Positions 19,557-29,200 of a stretch of DNA of 33,565 nucleotides are shown in pieces. The notes beneath the pieces were generated by a model. The model did no database searches. It was not told the DNA's origin and saw only the letters and a program-made list of their open reading frames with translations. This stretch comes from Faecalimonas sp. (GTDB lineage Bacteria; Bacillota; Clostridia; Lachnospirales; Lachnospiraceae): NCBI GenBank assembly GCA_036307525.1, contig JAXJXL010000025.1, positions 1 through 33,565 of the forward strand, written 5' to 3'. Within the stretch, counting starts at the first letter, position 1. Every line of letters begins with the position of its first letter. Position numbers and translations under genes: made by a program.

Positions 19557-20549
19557 TTATTCAATTCCCTCCAGACCTGACTGACCATTTGCTGCTGCTT
19601 GAAATTGCATATTCACAAATATCTGTGATTCCTTTCCAATCTCATTGGTACAGTCAACATCCTGTCCTTCCAACCACACATAAATATCAATCTTGGCAAA
19701 CTCATCTGCTGCCAAATCAAACAAATATGTGTCCGTTGTAAATTCCCCAAGTTCACGGATAACTACGTCTCTTTGCACCGGCTCTGCCTCTTCCCATGTG
19801 GAAGTTGTTTGTCTAAGCAATCGATTATCCGGTACCAAGGTTTCGGTTCCATCAATACTCTTGGTCTCAATCATCCCGTTTTCTCCGTTTATATGTTTAT
19901 CGGAGTTCGGTTCATAAATATAAAATACGGATTCACCCTTACGTGTCTCCGTTGCAACATCAAACTTTGTGATTCTAATGCCGATACGCACGGCATACTC
20001 TGCGCCATGTCCACCGTTGGTGTGAGTGACACTTTCACCGTCCCACACAGGCGTCCCTATGACATAGGTCCCAGCTCCCTGTGTTCCATCTCCTCCGACT
20101 ACTGCGGGGGATAAAGATACCTTCACCGGTTCTCCGGTTCTGGCATAACAAGTATTCTTCATGTAGTAGCTATTGCCACCTGTATTATTTGTGTTCGCTT
20201 CATCTGTTAAGCGCTCTGTAATCCCGGCAATTCTTCCATCTGTACCAAACGCCGCCGCGAAGAAACACTGCTGTTCCTCCGACCAGGTGATTGGTCGCAA
20301 CGGTGCCATTTCCTCTAAATGCTCTCTAAAATCTAAGTGCTGCGTCCATTCTTCACTATTTTGTTCAAACGCCAATTCCATGCCCGTGTTACTGCCTATC
20401 GACATTCCCATCTCGCTGACTTTCGGCGTTCTACTAATCGAAAACCAGGTGTAGGATGCAGCAACCAGTAGTGGCAACAATACCACAACCAGATGAAAAC
20501 AGCGCATGGACAATTTTAATTTTTTCTTCTGCTTCTGTTCTAATTTCAA
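19557..20549 (-). CDS. SipW-cognate secreted protein, minimal core-domain family member (330 aa)
   Basis: AASYT|WFSISRTPKVSEMGMSIGSNTGMELA; LRPITW; DGRI; C-terminal IYVWLEGQDVDCTN..VNMQF. Confidence 0.8.
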   Translation of the reverse strand: MKLEQKQKKKLKLSMRCFHLVVVLLPLLVAASYTWFSISRTPKVSEMGMSIGSNTGMELAFEQNSEEWTQHLDFREHLEEMAPLRPITWSEEQQCFFAAAFGTDGRIAGITERLTDEANTNNTGGNSYYMKNTCYARTGEPVKVSLSPAVVGGDGTQGAGTYVIGTPVWDGESVTHTNGGHGAEYAVRIGIRITKFDVATETRKGESVFYIYEPNSDKHINGENGMIETKSIDGTETLVPDNRLLRQTTSTWEEAEPVQRDVVIRELGEFTTDTYLFDLAADEFAKIDIYVWLEGQDVDCTNEIGKESQIFVNMQFQAAANGQSGLEGIE

Positions 20550-20567
20550 CCTGATTTCCCCTTCTTA

Positions 20568-20600
20568 TAATCCCTCACCCGAATTTCGGGTGAGGGATTA
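20568..20600. promoter_or_regulatory. Perfect 16-bp inverted repeat inside the operon (mRNA stabiliser or partial terminator)
   Basis: TAATCCCTCACCCGAA-t-TTCGGGTGAGGGATTA; no U-tract on the minus strand, followed directly by the next SD. Confidence 0.7.
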
Positions 20601-20622
20601 AATTCATGATGTTAAGTTTAAA

Positions 20623-22647
20623 CTATGGTGTTTGATTTTCTTCTTCTTTTTTTACACCCATTAATGCTGCGTCTTGCATTGGAACTAACTTCTGGTCCGT
20701 TGCAAACTGTAAGTTCAGAGTCCCTGACATGGATTTTGATGCATTTGCAACCATAGCATTGGTTACTTGATCGCCATCTAGGTATACCAATGTAGATAAC
20801 TTCATTGCCTGATTCTGTGTCATAGCAGTGATCTCCTGAGTTGTCTTGAAGTTATCAACTTGCAATATGTTTCCATTTGTTGTATCTACAGAGTATTCAC
20901 ATAATTTCAAATCTGCTTTTACAATACTTCCTGCAACATCAGCATTCTCCGTATCCAATTTAGCAACTGCAAGAATATTTCCTCCGCCATTTTCCGTTGG
21001 TAACATGAATACAACTCGAATTGCTCCCATTAATTTCAACATTTGTGTGGTTGTAAAGTTTGTATCTGACGATGTAAATGTCATGTTACTTCCAGAACCT
21101 AATGTATCTTCATTAGTGCTGTCTGAATAGATTCTCTGTGCCTCATTCACTTGTAACAAAAGTTTTGCATTGGATGCATTCGTACGCATATAATAATCAA
21201 TTGTGTAACCGTACATATCAGACAACTTATTGTTAGCAGCTCCTGTTCCCGCAGGTGCTAATGCATTGGTTACCACATTATTTGCTGCTACAAAATATGC
21301 TGGCGAAACATTAGATACTGTTTTCATTGTTGCTTTTACTGGTTGCTCATCTGAACCAAGAACCATATCTGTTCCTGGATACGTGATATTCTTTAATTCT
21401 ACAGTAGCAGAGTAATTTTCACAAAAGTCTGCAATATCTGCGTATACACCTGCACCTGATGGCATCTCCACTTGGATACCACCTGAAGTAACGGCACTAA
21501 TTAATTTACTCAGATTTGCTTTAATTTCATCACTCTTCAAACCATTTACTGTAACTACATTCGCTTTTACAATATAGTCTAACGCAGTTCTTAGTTCCTC
21601 CCATGAAATACTATCCTTTGATTCAAGGGCAGTTACTTTCGTAGTAGCACTTGCAACATTAGTTTTAATTTCTTGAATCTTTGTATAATATGTTGCGAAA
21701 TCACCTGGAAGTGCCATTGACACTCCATCCGCTGTAAGTGCACCGTCAGCTACAGTGTAACTCTTTGCTTCCATTTTTGCTTTGAAAGCAAGGTATGCCT
21801 CTTCAGTTCCTAAACCTTCGATATTTTCTCCTGCTTTACTTGCAGCATAACTAATTACAGCTGCTTCCCATGCAGTCTCCATGTCTGCCTGTGCTGTAGA
21901 TACACCAGTCAACACATTCTTGATAACTTCTACTTCTGTCTGTGTATATGTAGGATTATCCGTTACGGCCTTTTGTACAACGATATTTGCCAACGCTGTA
22001 CCATTTGCTTCTAGCGAAGTCTTTGCTGCAGCCTTAGCATCTGCAATAGCATTTGCCAAGGCAACTTTTGCACTTCTATAAGCTAATTGGCGATCTGTCA
22101 TTCCAGAAGCAGAACCTATAATTCTAACGCCATTTGCATCTGAAAGTAAGTAGTCTGTTCCGTTGTATTGTGCGTAAACAGTCTCCTTCAAATCCATCAC
22201 ACGTCCATCTGCTCCGTAAATAGGTCTTTTCAATGGTAATGAACTTACTGTCCAATCCTCTCCTGAGGCAGCAAGATTTAATCTTGATGGCAACAACGAT
22301 ACCTTATCTAATCCATAACCATTACTTACATCTATTAAGTTACCCCAAGTAATATTGACATTTTTTACTGCATTTGTGTCAAGTCCACTTCCTAAGTTTC
22401 CAGCACCAACAGTTGTCTTAACTGTGCCATCTGGGTCAGCCCAAGTAGACGCATCCGCCAATGCGATTTCCAGGTTACCATTTGCACCGATTGTTGTTGT
22501 GATACCTTTAATCTCAGGTGCGGTCGATAACGTGAACCACGCATAAGATGCAGAGATTAACATGATACATGCAACCAAAAGCATTGATGTGGCTGCTAAT
22601 AACTTCTTCTGAATTGATTTTTTCTGTGAAAGAACCATTTTTCTCAC
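20623..22647 (-). CDS. SipW-cognate secreted protein (674 aa); candidate major filament subunit
   Basis: SASYA|WFTLSTAPEIKGITTTIGANGNLEIAL; NITWGNLID; YGYTIDYYMRTNA; LVYLDGDQVTN..GTLNLQF. Confidence 0.82.
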   Translation of the reverse strand: MRKMVLSQKKSIQKKLLAATSMLLVACIMLISASYAWFTLSTAPEIKGITTTIGANGNLEIALADASTWADPDGTVKTTVGAGNLGSGLDTNAVKNVNITWGNLIDVSNGYGLDKVSLLPSRLNLAASGEDWTVSSLPLKRPIYGADGRVMDLKETVYAQYNGTDYLLSDANGVRIIGSASGMTDRQLAYRSAKVALANAIADAKAAAKTSLEANGTALANIVVQKAVTDNPTYTQTEVEVIKNVLTGVSTAQADMETAWEAAVISYAASKAGENIEGLGTEEAYLAFKAKMEAKSYTVADGALTADGVSMALPGDFATYYTKIQEIKTNVASATTKVTALESKDSISWEELRTALDYIVKANVVTVNGLKSDEIKANLSKLISAVTSGGIQVEMPSGAGVYADIADFCENYSATVELKNITYPGTDMVLGSDEQPVKATMKTVSNVSPAYFVAANNVVTNALAPAGTGAANNKLSDMYGYTIDYYMRTNASNAKLLLQVNEAQRIYSDSTNEDTLGSGSNMTFTSSDTNFTTTQMLKLMGAIRVVFMLPTENGGGNILAVAKLDTENADVAGSIVKADLKLCEYSVDTTNGNILQVDNFKTTQEITAMTQNQAMKLSTLVYLDGDQVTNAMVANASKSMSGTLNLQFATDQKLVPMQDAALMGVKKEEENQTP

Positions 22648-22676
22648 CTTTCCTCTCTTTGAATTTGATTTATCGC

Positions 22677-23747
22677 CTAATCTTCCCAGAAGATCAGACT
22701 ATCCCAGATAGAATCCCAACGTTCCTTTAACGCTTTACCCTTCGTTCCTGAAACATCTTCGCTATCTAGAAGTCTATAGTTCATTTCTACCCCAAGGTGT
22801 CCTCCAATCAGCTCATCTACACAATCGGGGTCATCACCCTCCAACCATAAGACAACTGTGTACTTATGAACATCTCCTGATTTTACACCTTTTTCTTTTC
22901 CTTTCGTTATCACACTGTCTGTTTCAAACGATTCCGGAATAACACGGTAGAATGTGTTGGACCCTTTTGTCGCAATTACTTCGTATTGCTCTTCCGGATT
23001 TGCCGTCTGGTCCATGAGCGGCAAATTTCGATAACCTCTTGTGTTATCACCTTGCGCCGGTATCGCTTCTGAATTCCCGTCTTCGCCTTTTGCGGCATAG
23101 ACGGTCATTTCTCCATCTACAAACAACATAGCCCACGATGCACTGCTCGTATTCTTACTTTCTGAGTTAATCACTAACTCATACTCATAGTCAACTTCTG
23201 TCTCATCGTCTCCTTCGTATCTCAGATAGAACGTATAGGCAAAATAGCCTCTCCCATTGTGTTTTCCATCATAGGCATCTACGTCCACTGGAATACTACT
23301 GATGGAGATGCATGGCGCATCTTCCACCGGATCACTATATAGTTGTGTTGTAGGTGTTGTAAATGCTTTATCTTCACTTAATACAAAACCATTGCGGAAC
23401 ATATCATCTGATAGGTTGATCGTGAAATGTCCCCTCATTTGGCTGACTCCTGAGAAGATAAGCATAACAAGCAGTAAGAGTAATAATGCTGCAAGCAAGG
23501 AGGCAAGTGCTCTTCCGTGAAAGAGCCAGAGCAGTAACCCTCCTGTCCTGTGCTTATCAAAATACAAACCCATGCTCGACGCTGTCAGTTCAAATTCTTT
23601 CTTTGTATAGACTTTCGCGTCTTTCATCTGCTTGCGCAGTTTCTTACGGCCTTCCTTGATGTCGTGTACCTGTTGCTGTGTCAGTTCCACTCCACCTCGT
23701 GTCTTTTTAAAAAATCCACGCTGTCTAGTTTCTTTGTTTTCCATCAC
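22677..23747 (-). CDS. Type II membrane protein carrying the same core domain as the SipW substrates
   Basis: About 65-aa basic N-terminus, long Leu-rich TM with no SYA|W site, YFAYTFYLR, C-terminal KYTVVLWLEGDDPDC. Confidence 0.7.
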   Translation of the reverse strand: MMENKETRQRGFFKKTRGGVELTQQQVHDIKEGRKKLRKQMKDAKVYTKKEFELTASSMGLYFDKHRTGGLLLWLFHGRALASLLAALLLLLLVMLIFSGVSQMRGHFTINLSDDMFRNGFVLSEDKAFTTPTTQLYSDPVEDAPCISISSIPVDVDAYDGKHNGRGYFAYTFYLRYEGDDETEVDYEYELVINSESKNTSSASWAMLFVDGEMTVYAAKGEDGNSEAIPAQGDNTRGYRNLPLMDQTANPEEQYEVIATKGSNTFYRVIPESFETDSVITKGKEKGVKSGDVHKYTVVLWLEGDDPDCVDELIGGHLGVEMNYRLLDSEDVSGTKGKALKERWDSIWDSLIFWED

Positions 23748-25102
23748 TATCGTTCACCTAACAATAATTCTTGAATTAATGTTTCTTCTTCCACCTCTGT
23801 CCCCACAACTCCATAATGGATACAAGTGATTCCGTGGCTCTGTAACAAGTTTTGTGTTTCTTCTTTTAATTCCTGCGCTAAGTCAGGTGCGATACGTACT
23901 TTGGCAAATCCAATCTCTTGAATCTGCTCTATTGAGAGTTCGTCCGGATGGTAACTGTCTAAGACTAGCTGTATTCCGGATTCGATATATTCAATCAAGT
24001 TTTGTTTTTCCTGTTTGTCTGCTGCGAGTACAGCCTGTATTGGTACTGTAAGCATTAACTTACTGCTGTCAATCGGCTGCTCTCTGAGCAGCTGCTCAAA
24101 GCGTCCTCTTCTGCTTTCTCCTTTATAGAATCCAACTGCCATTGGCACAAGAATTCCATTGTTTTGAAGCTGACAATTTTGCATACGAAGCACTGCATCT
24201 GCTGCTTCATACAGGAAATAAAACATGATATCGTGTAACATTTTCGTCCGTATCATCATAGGTTCTAAGACTTCCATGCTCTCCCTTGCCACCGGTTCAT
24301 TGAGAACGCCTGCAAACCAAGGAACTGCTTCATACATGGCATCACCTATTGGACGATATTGCAACCCCATGGTACGCTCTGCACGTTTGTCCACCAACGG
24401 GATTGTCTTCGGAAGTGTCCTGGTATACTGAATATATTGTTTATAGACACCTCTGCATTTACCTCTGGAAGCTTTTAACACTTCCATTAATTCTTCTGAG
24501 AATTCTTTCCCTGCCTTTTGAAGAAGAATAACATATGCTTCATCAAACGGATTCTCGGATTTTGTCTCAGAAACCAATTGGTCTAGTTCTTTTGCCAGAC
24601 CCACAATCTGCGCAATTGGGCTAATCTCATCCCCTACTAATCCTTTCGGATATCCGGTTCCATTCCAACGTTCCATGTGCTGCTCGCACGCTTCTCGGAT
24701 CATAAGCCATGGAATGTTCTGGGTTGGACGTTCCTGCTCGCCCTGCATCTTCTTATCCTGCAGTTTTGCAACCAGCAGACGTCCTTCTGACGGATATGTC
24801 TGATAAATTGCTTTTTCTTCGCTAGATGCAACTATACGCCAGAGCTGATGCTCTGGCGTTAATAAAGCTTTGCCAAGCTGGTGATATAGACCGCATTTGT
24901 ATGCAAGATCAACATATTCATCCTTCATGCGCTCTGCCCATTCGGCGATATTCTTACCATATGAGGAGGCACAGGCCTGAACAAACAGAACCTGTGTGTA
25001 CGTAGCTACACGTACAGATTGCTGTCGTATCTGAGGCAACAGTCCACGGAAAGCCTCATCCCATGATTCATATTCTTTTCGCCTCCAACTCTGTTCGTTC
25101 AC
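23747..25102 (-). CDS. HD-GYP + EAL fusion protein, both domains degenerate
   Basis: QQSVRVA, GLYHQLGK, QHMERWNGTGYPKGLVGDEISPIAQIVGLAKELD (HD-GYP scaffold); LQYRPI..YEAVPW..LVLDSY (EAL scaffold); SD AAGGAG with GTG start. Confidence 0.8.
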   Translation of the reverse strand: MNEQSWRRKEYESWDEAFRGLLPQIRQQSVRVATYTQVLFVQACASSYGKNIAEWAERMKDEYVDLAYKCGLYHQLGKALLTPEHQLWRIVASSEEKAIYQTYPSEGRLLVAKLQDKKMQGEQERPTQNIPWLMIREACEQHMERWNGTGYPKGLVGDEISPIAQIVGLAKELDQLVSETKSENPFDEAYVILLQKAGKEFSEELMEVLKASRGKCRGVYKQYIQYTRTLPKTIPLVDKRAERTMGLQYRPIGDAMYEAVPWFAGVLNEPVARESMEVLEPMMIRTKMLHDIMFYFLYEAADAVLRMQNCQLQNNGILVPMAVGFYKGESRRGRFEQLLREQPIDSSKLMLTVPIQAVLAADKQEKQNLIEYIESGIQLVLDSYHPDELSIEQIQEIGFAKVRIAPDLAQELKEETQNLLQSHGITCIHYGVVGTEVEEETLIQELLLGER

Positions 25103-25123
25103 GCTTATCTCCTTTTATGCTTC

Positions 25124-26233
25124 TTATTTATCGTCTTCTCCGATTTCGTAGTTTACGATAGGTGTATCATCAATCTGATTTTCTTTCTTCTTTTTGCCTA
25201 CCAATAAAACAACTAATACGATGTTTCCTGCAAGGCTAATGAAGAATAAGATTGGCCATACTTTATGTATTGCAACATTACAATATTTTCCTGTTGGCTC
25301 TTTTACTACATCCTGCTTGTCGTTTGATAATAACTCTTTAATCTGAGCGATTATGTCTTCGATTTCCTTTGCTGCTGCATCTACTGCTGCCTGGTCATCA
25401 CTTGCCAATAAGCTAGAGGCACTTGTTAACGCATCAAATAATTTGTTCCACTCTGTACCTAATTTGTCAGATTCAATTAAAGCTTCTGCTGAATCCATAG
25501 CTGCCTGTAATTTTGAATAATCTACTTTTACAAGTGCTGCAATTGCATCTTTTAAGGCTTTTGCTGTAGCATCAACCTTTGCTTGGTCTTTTGAATTTAA
25601 AGCTTTGCGAGCTGCATCTAATGCATCAATCATCTTGTTCCAACTGTCTTTTGTGTATCCATCAGACTTTAATCCTTCAGCAATACCAATCTGTTTCTTC
25701 AATTCTGTATAATCTGTTTTATCTACTGTAGTACTTGGTTTAGACGGTGTCGACGGTTTAGACGGTGTCGATGGTGTACTCGGTGTACTCGGTGTGCTTG
25801 GTGTACTTACTGCTTTAATTGTCACAGTCTGTGCTGCTAATGACGCAGCCTCCATGTTATCACTTGCATTAACTTTCTGATAACCATTAACACTAATTGT
25901 ACATGCTTCGCCTGCACTTGCAGTAGATTTAATTTTTACTGTAACATCAATGGAACCATTTTTTATCTCACTGCTGCTAGCAAAAGCGATTACTCTGTTA
26001 TTTTCCTGAAATGAACCCACATTGCTTCCGCTAATTGAAATGGAAGAAAAAAGGGATTCGTTACTAAATGTAACTGTTCCTTTTCCACCAAATCCTTCTG
26101 TAACAGGAATCTTTACTGTTACAGTATCACCAGCAGACTGTTCATACGTCTTAGCTTCTGCTACTGATGGCAATGCTGCCACAAGCAGCATTACCACCAA
26201 CATCATTGGTAAAATTCTCTTTATAATTTTCAT
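25124..26233 (-). CDS. Membrane-anchored surface protein: cohesin-like N-domain, PST linker, two FIVAR-like helical repeats, C-terminal TM
   Basis: Signal peptide AEA|K; AGDTVTVKIPV..IAFAS..NGSIDVTVKIKSTASAG..TVTIK; (PST)n; TDYTELK..YTKDSW..QAKVDA and VDYSKLQ..QAAVDAA; TM followed by KKKK. Confidence 0.75.
   Translation of the reverse strand: MKIIKRILPMMLVVMLLVAALPSVAEAKTYEQSAGDTVTVKIPVTEGFGGKGTVTFSNESLFSSISISGSNVGSFQENNRVIAFASSSEIKNGSIDVTVKIKSTASAGEACTISVNGYQKVNASDNMEAASLAAQTVTIKAVSTPSTPSTPSTPSTPSKPSTPSKPSTTVDKTDYTELKKQIGIAEGLKSDGYTKDSWNKMIDALDAARKALNSKDQAKVDATAKALKDAIAALVKVDYSKLQAAMDSAEALIESDKLGTEWNKLFDALTSASSLLASDDQAAVDAAAKEIEDIIAQIKELLSNDKQDVVKEPTGKYCNVAIHKVWPILFFISLAGNIVLVVLLVGKKKKENQIDDTPIVNYEIGEDDK
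25731..25808 (-). repeat. 9-nt-period coding tandem repeat giving a (PST/PSK)n linker
   Basis: Translates STPSTPSTPSTPSKPSTPSKPST. Confidence 0.85.
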
Positions 26234-26246
26234 TGTTTAACTCCTT

Positions 26247-29200
26247 CTATTCGTCTAACCATGTCGTGTATGATTTTCCTACAGCCTTCTTGAGAACGAT
26301 TGTTGCATCGCCCGGGTCAACGCCTTCTGTGCTGTTAAGCATAGCTGCGAGTTTTGCATACTTTGACGTTGCAAAATCAATCGTATTTCCTACATTACCC
26401 ACACAATTTTTCAAGATAATAGTTGCATCGTTCGGTAGTATCTGACCGTCAGAATTCACATCACCTAAAACGATAAACGTATAAGTTTCAACATCTGTTC
26501 CGTCTTCATTCGTTGCTGTGATAGTCAATGTTTCTCCAGTTTGAACTAAGTTGATTGCCTCATCTGAAAACTTGTATGTGATGACACCTTCATTGGTAGC
26601 CTGGAACATAATAGCCTTCAGTAAGTCATCTTGCTTAATTCCCTCTTCCGAAGTAACGTCGATGTAGATATGTTTATCTAGTACTTTTACAGCGTTGAGG
26701 TTCTCACTATCTTTTACTGTTGGTACCAAGATATCCGGAACTTCCAGCTTCGGAATCACAAGATCTTCTGCTTTCACTTCTACTGTGCCTTCTGCATCAG
26801 CAAAAAGTTTGCCGCAGACATTACATACCCAGTGCTCTTTTGTACCAGTTGATTCTGTAGTTGCAGGTTCTTTTTCTACCTTTTTCAAATCATGTGGAAG
26901 TGGAGCAATTGGCTTTGTCTCTCTTGACAATTCTTCACCACAAACATCACAGTATACTACCTCATCATATGAGCCAGGTGCTGTACAACTTGCTCCTACA
27001 ACGTTTTCTTGTACCGGTGTGCCCGATGTATGACTGTGAAGCACTTCATCTGCCAGAATCAATGTGAGATCAAGATTCATTCTGTGCCAAGATTCTTTCG
27101 TAACATTGTATGTTCCAAATTCATCTGTTTTCAAAGATACAAGTTTCTGTGTTCCACCTGAAATCTTCAATACATTAATTAATTTGTAGCAAATATTTAA
27201 TGCGTCTTCGTAGATTGATTGCAGTTCTGCTAATTTACCGTCCTCATCATTAATTCCCAGTTCAGTAATCATCTCTGTAAACGGAACTCCGTTTGCCTTC
27301 TTGAATGAAGCAATCATCTGTGCTGCTGTCATATTTTCGATTAATGCAACAAGGTCTGTTGTAACGCCTTCTGTAAAATACTTATTAGTTGCTGCCACCA
27401 TTGCATCAGAATCGTTCATTCCGTATGCCATAATTGTTCCGATAACAGCAACGTAGTCTTTCTTAGACAAATCTGCAGTTGCTGAGATGTCAGCACCTAC
27501 TTCATATGTTAATCCTGCAAGTGTAAGGCCTTTGCTTGCATCATATGTAAGGTCATCCAAGAAGAGTTCAATATCAATTGTATCACCAAAGATTAATGCA
27601 AGTTCTTCACAAAGAGCTGCGAGGTCTTTTTTGTCTTGCTCTTCTCCGGCTACTTTGATTGTAATTGTACGTTCTGTTACTTCACCTGCAATGATATTTG
27701 CTGTAAGGTAATCAGCATTTGCTGCTTTCTCAAGTACAACATTCCATGGTTTTGTAATCAGATTGTATTCTACAATCGCTGTATCTGTTTCGATAGCATT
27801 TTGAAGTGCTGTAAAGTCGGTTAATTTATCAATCAAATCATTTGCGAATGCTTCGATACCGTCACAGTTAATTTCTTCTACTAAGTTGCTTGCCAACTGT
27901 CCTAATCCTGCTTTGTAAGCAGCGATGGCATCTAAGATTTCAATTTCATAAATGTCGTACTTTTCAACACCTGAAACTGTAACGCCTGCCCATGTATAAG
28001 CATTTAAAGCAACATCTACAGCCATTTCCATTGCAATTTTCTTCCATGCAACTGCATCTTGCACATCTAAGAAATCAGCTGAGAGTTCAATTGTAATATT
28101 TTCATCAGCATCTTTTACAAGGCGATAAAATCTGTTAGAAACTACCTTATCTACTTGTACGTAGCCATCAGGAAGCATGCTTGATACGTCATCTGCATAT
28201 GTTCCTGCTGTAAGAGTTACGTTTTCCTGTCCGTTGACTGTAACGATTGTGCCTGCTTGTTCAGAACTCAATGTACTGTCAAATACAGTAACTGCTGCAT
28301 TTGCATTCAGAGTCTGTACTGCATTTCCATTCAAGTCAACAAATGTTTTGCCATTAACTGTGATACTGTCAATATCATTCAACACAACAACAACTGAATT
28401 TTCATTCTTAGTTACGATATCTTTTGCTGTTGTGAAGTCAACCTTGTTTTGAATTCCTTCTGCTTTGATATCAACAACTACTGCTGCATATTCTTTATTG
28501 CAGTTTGTAAGTCTTACATTAACCGGAACATTTACATCACCTATTAACAAGTTTGCAATACCTTCCGGTAAGTTTGCTGCGCGTACGATTGTAGATGTCG
28601 GACATGAAACTTCAACTGCGTATAAGTCTTTATCCTGTCCCTCTACATTCACTGAAGTAATTTCCGGATTTTCAAAACTGTCATCCAAAAGCTGTCTCAA
28701 GATAGAAAGAACAGTTTTTAATGTATCCTTATAACCGCTCAAGTCTGTTCCTGCACTCAACTGTGCTACTGAATTAAGAAGTGTATCTGCCGTAACATCT
28801 TCACTCTTTAATATCGGACCAAGTCCCAGCTCATCTAAGTATTCTACTATATTTACAAAAGAAGGGGTTTTAAAATCTTTTAAGTCCACTTCACCTTCTA
28901 CTAACATTGCTGCCATAAGAAGTTCGTGTGCTTTCTCCGGTGCTGTTACTGTTGCGTGTGCAGCACCTTCTTTTAATTCAATCACTGCATATGGTGCAAG
29001 CTTATCTAATGCGCTGTTGACTTTCTTAAGTTCTGCAGCGTTTGCATCATAGTCTTGCAATGAGATATATAATGGCATTCCCGCTTCACCTTGTGAGATT
29101 GAGAATGTTGTTTCCATTAAGAGTCCACCAAGTTGGTCTGTTGCCGGGATGCCACTTGCTGCATCTACGATAACTGTCTGACCTTTTACTTGGTCTTTTA

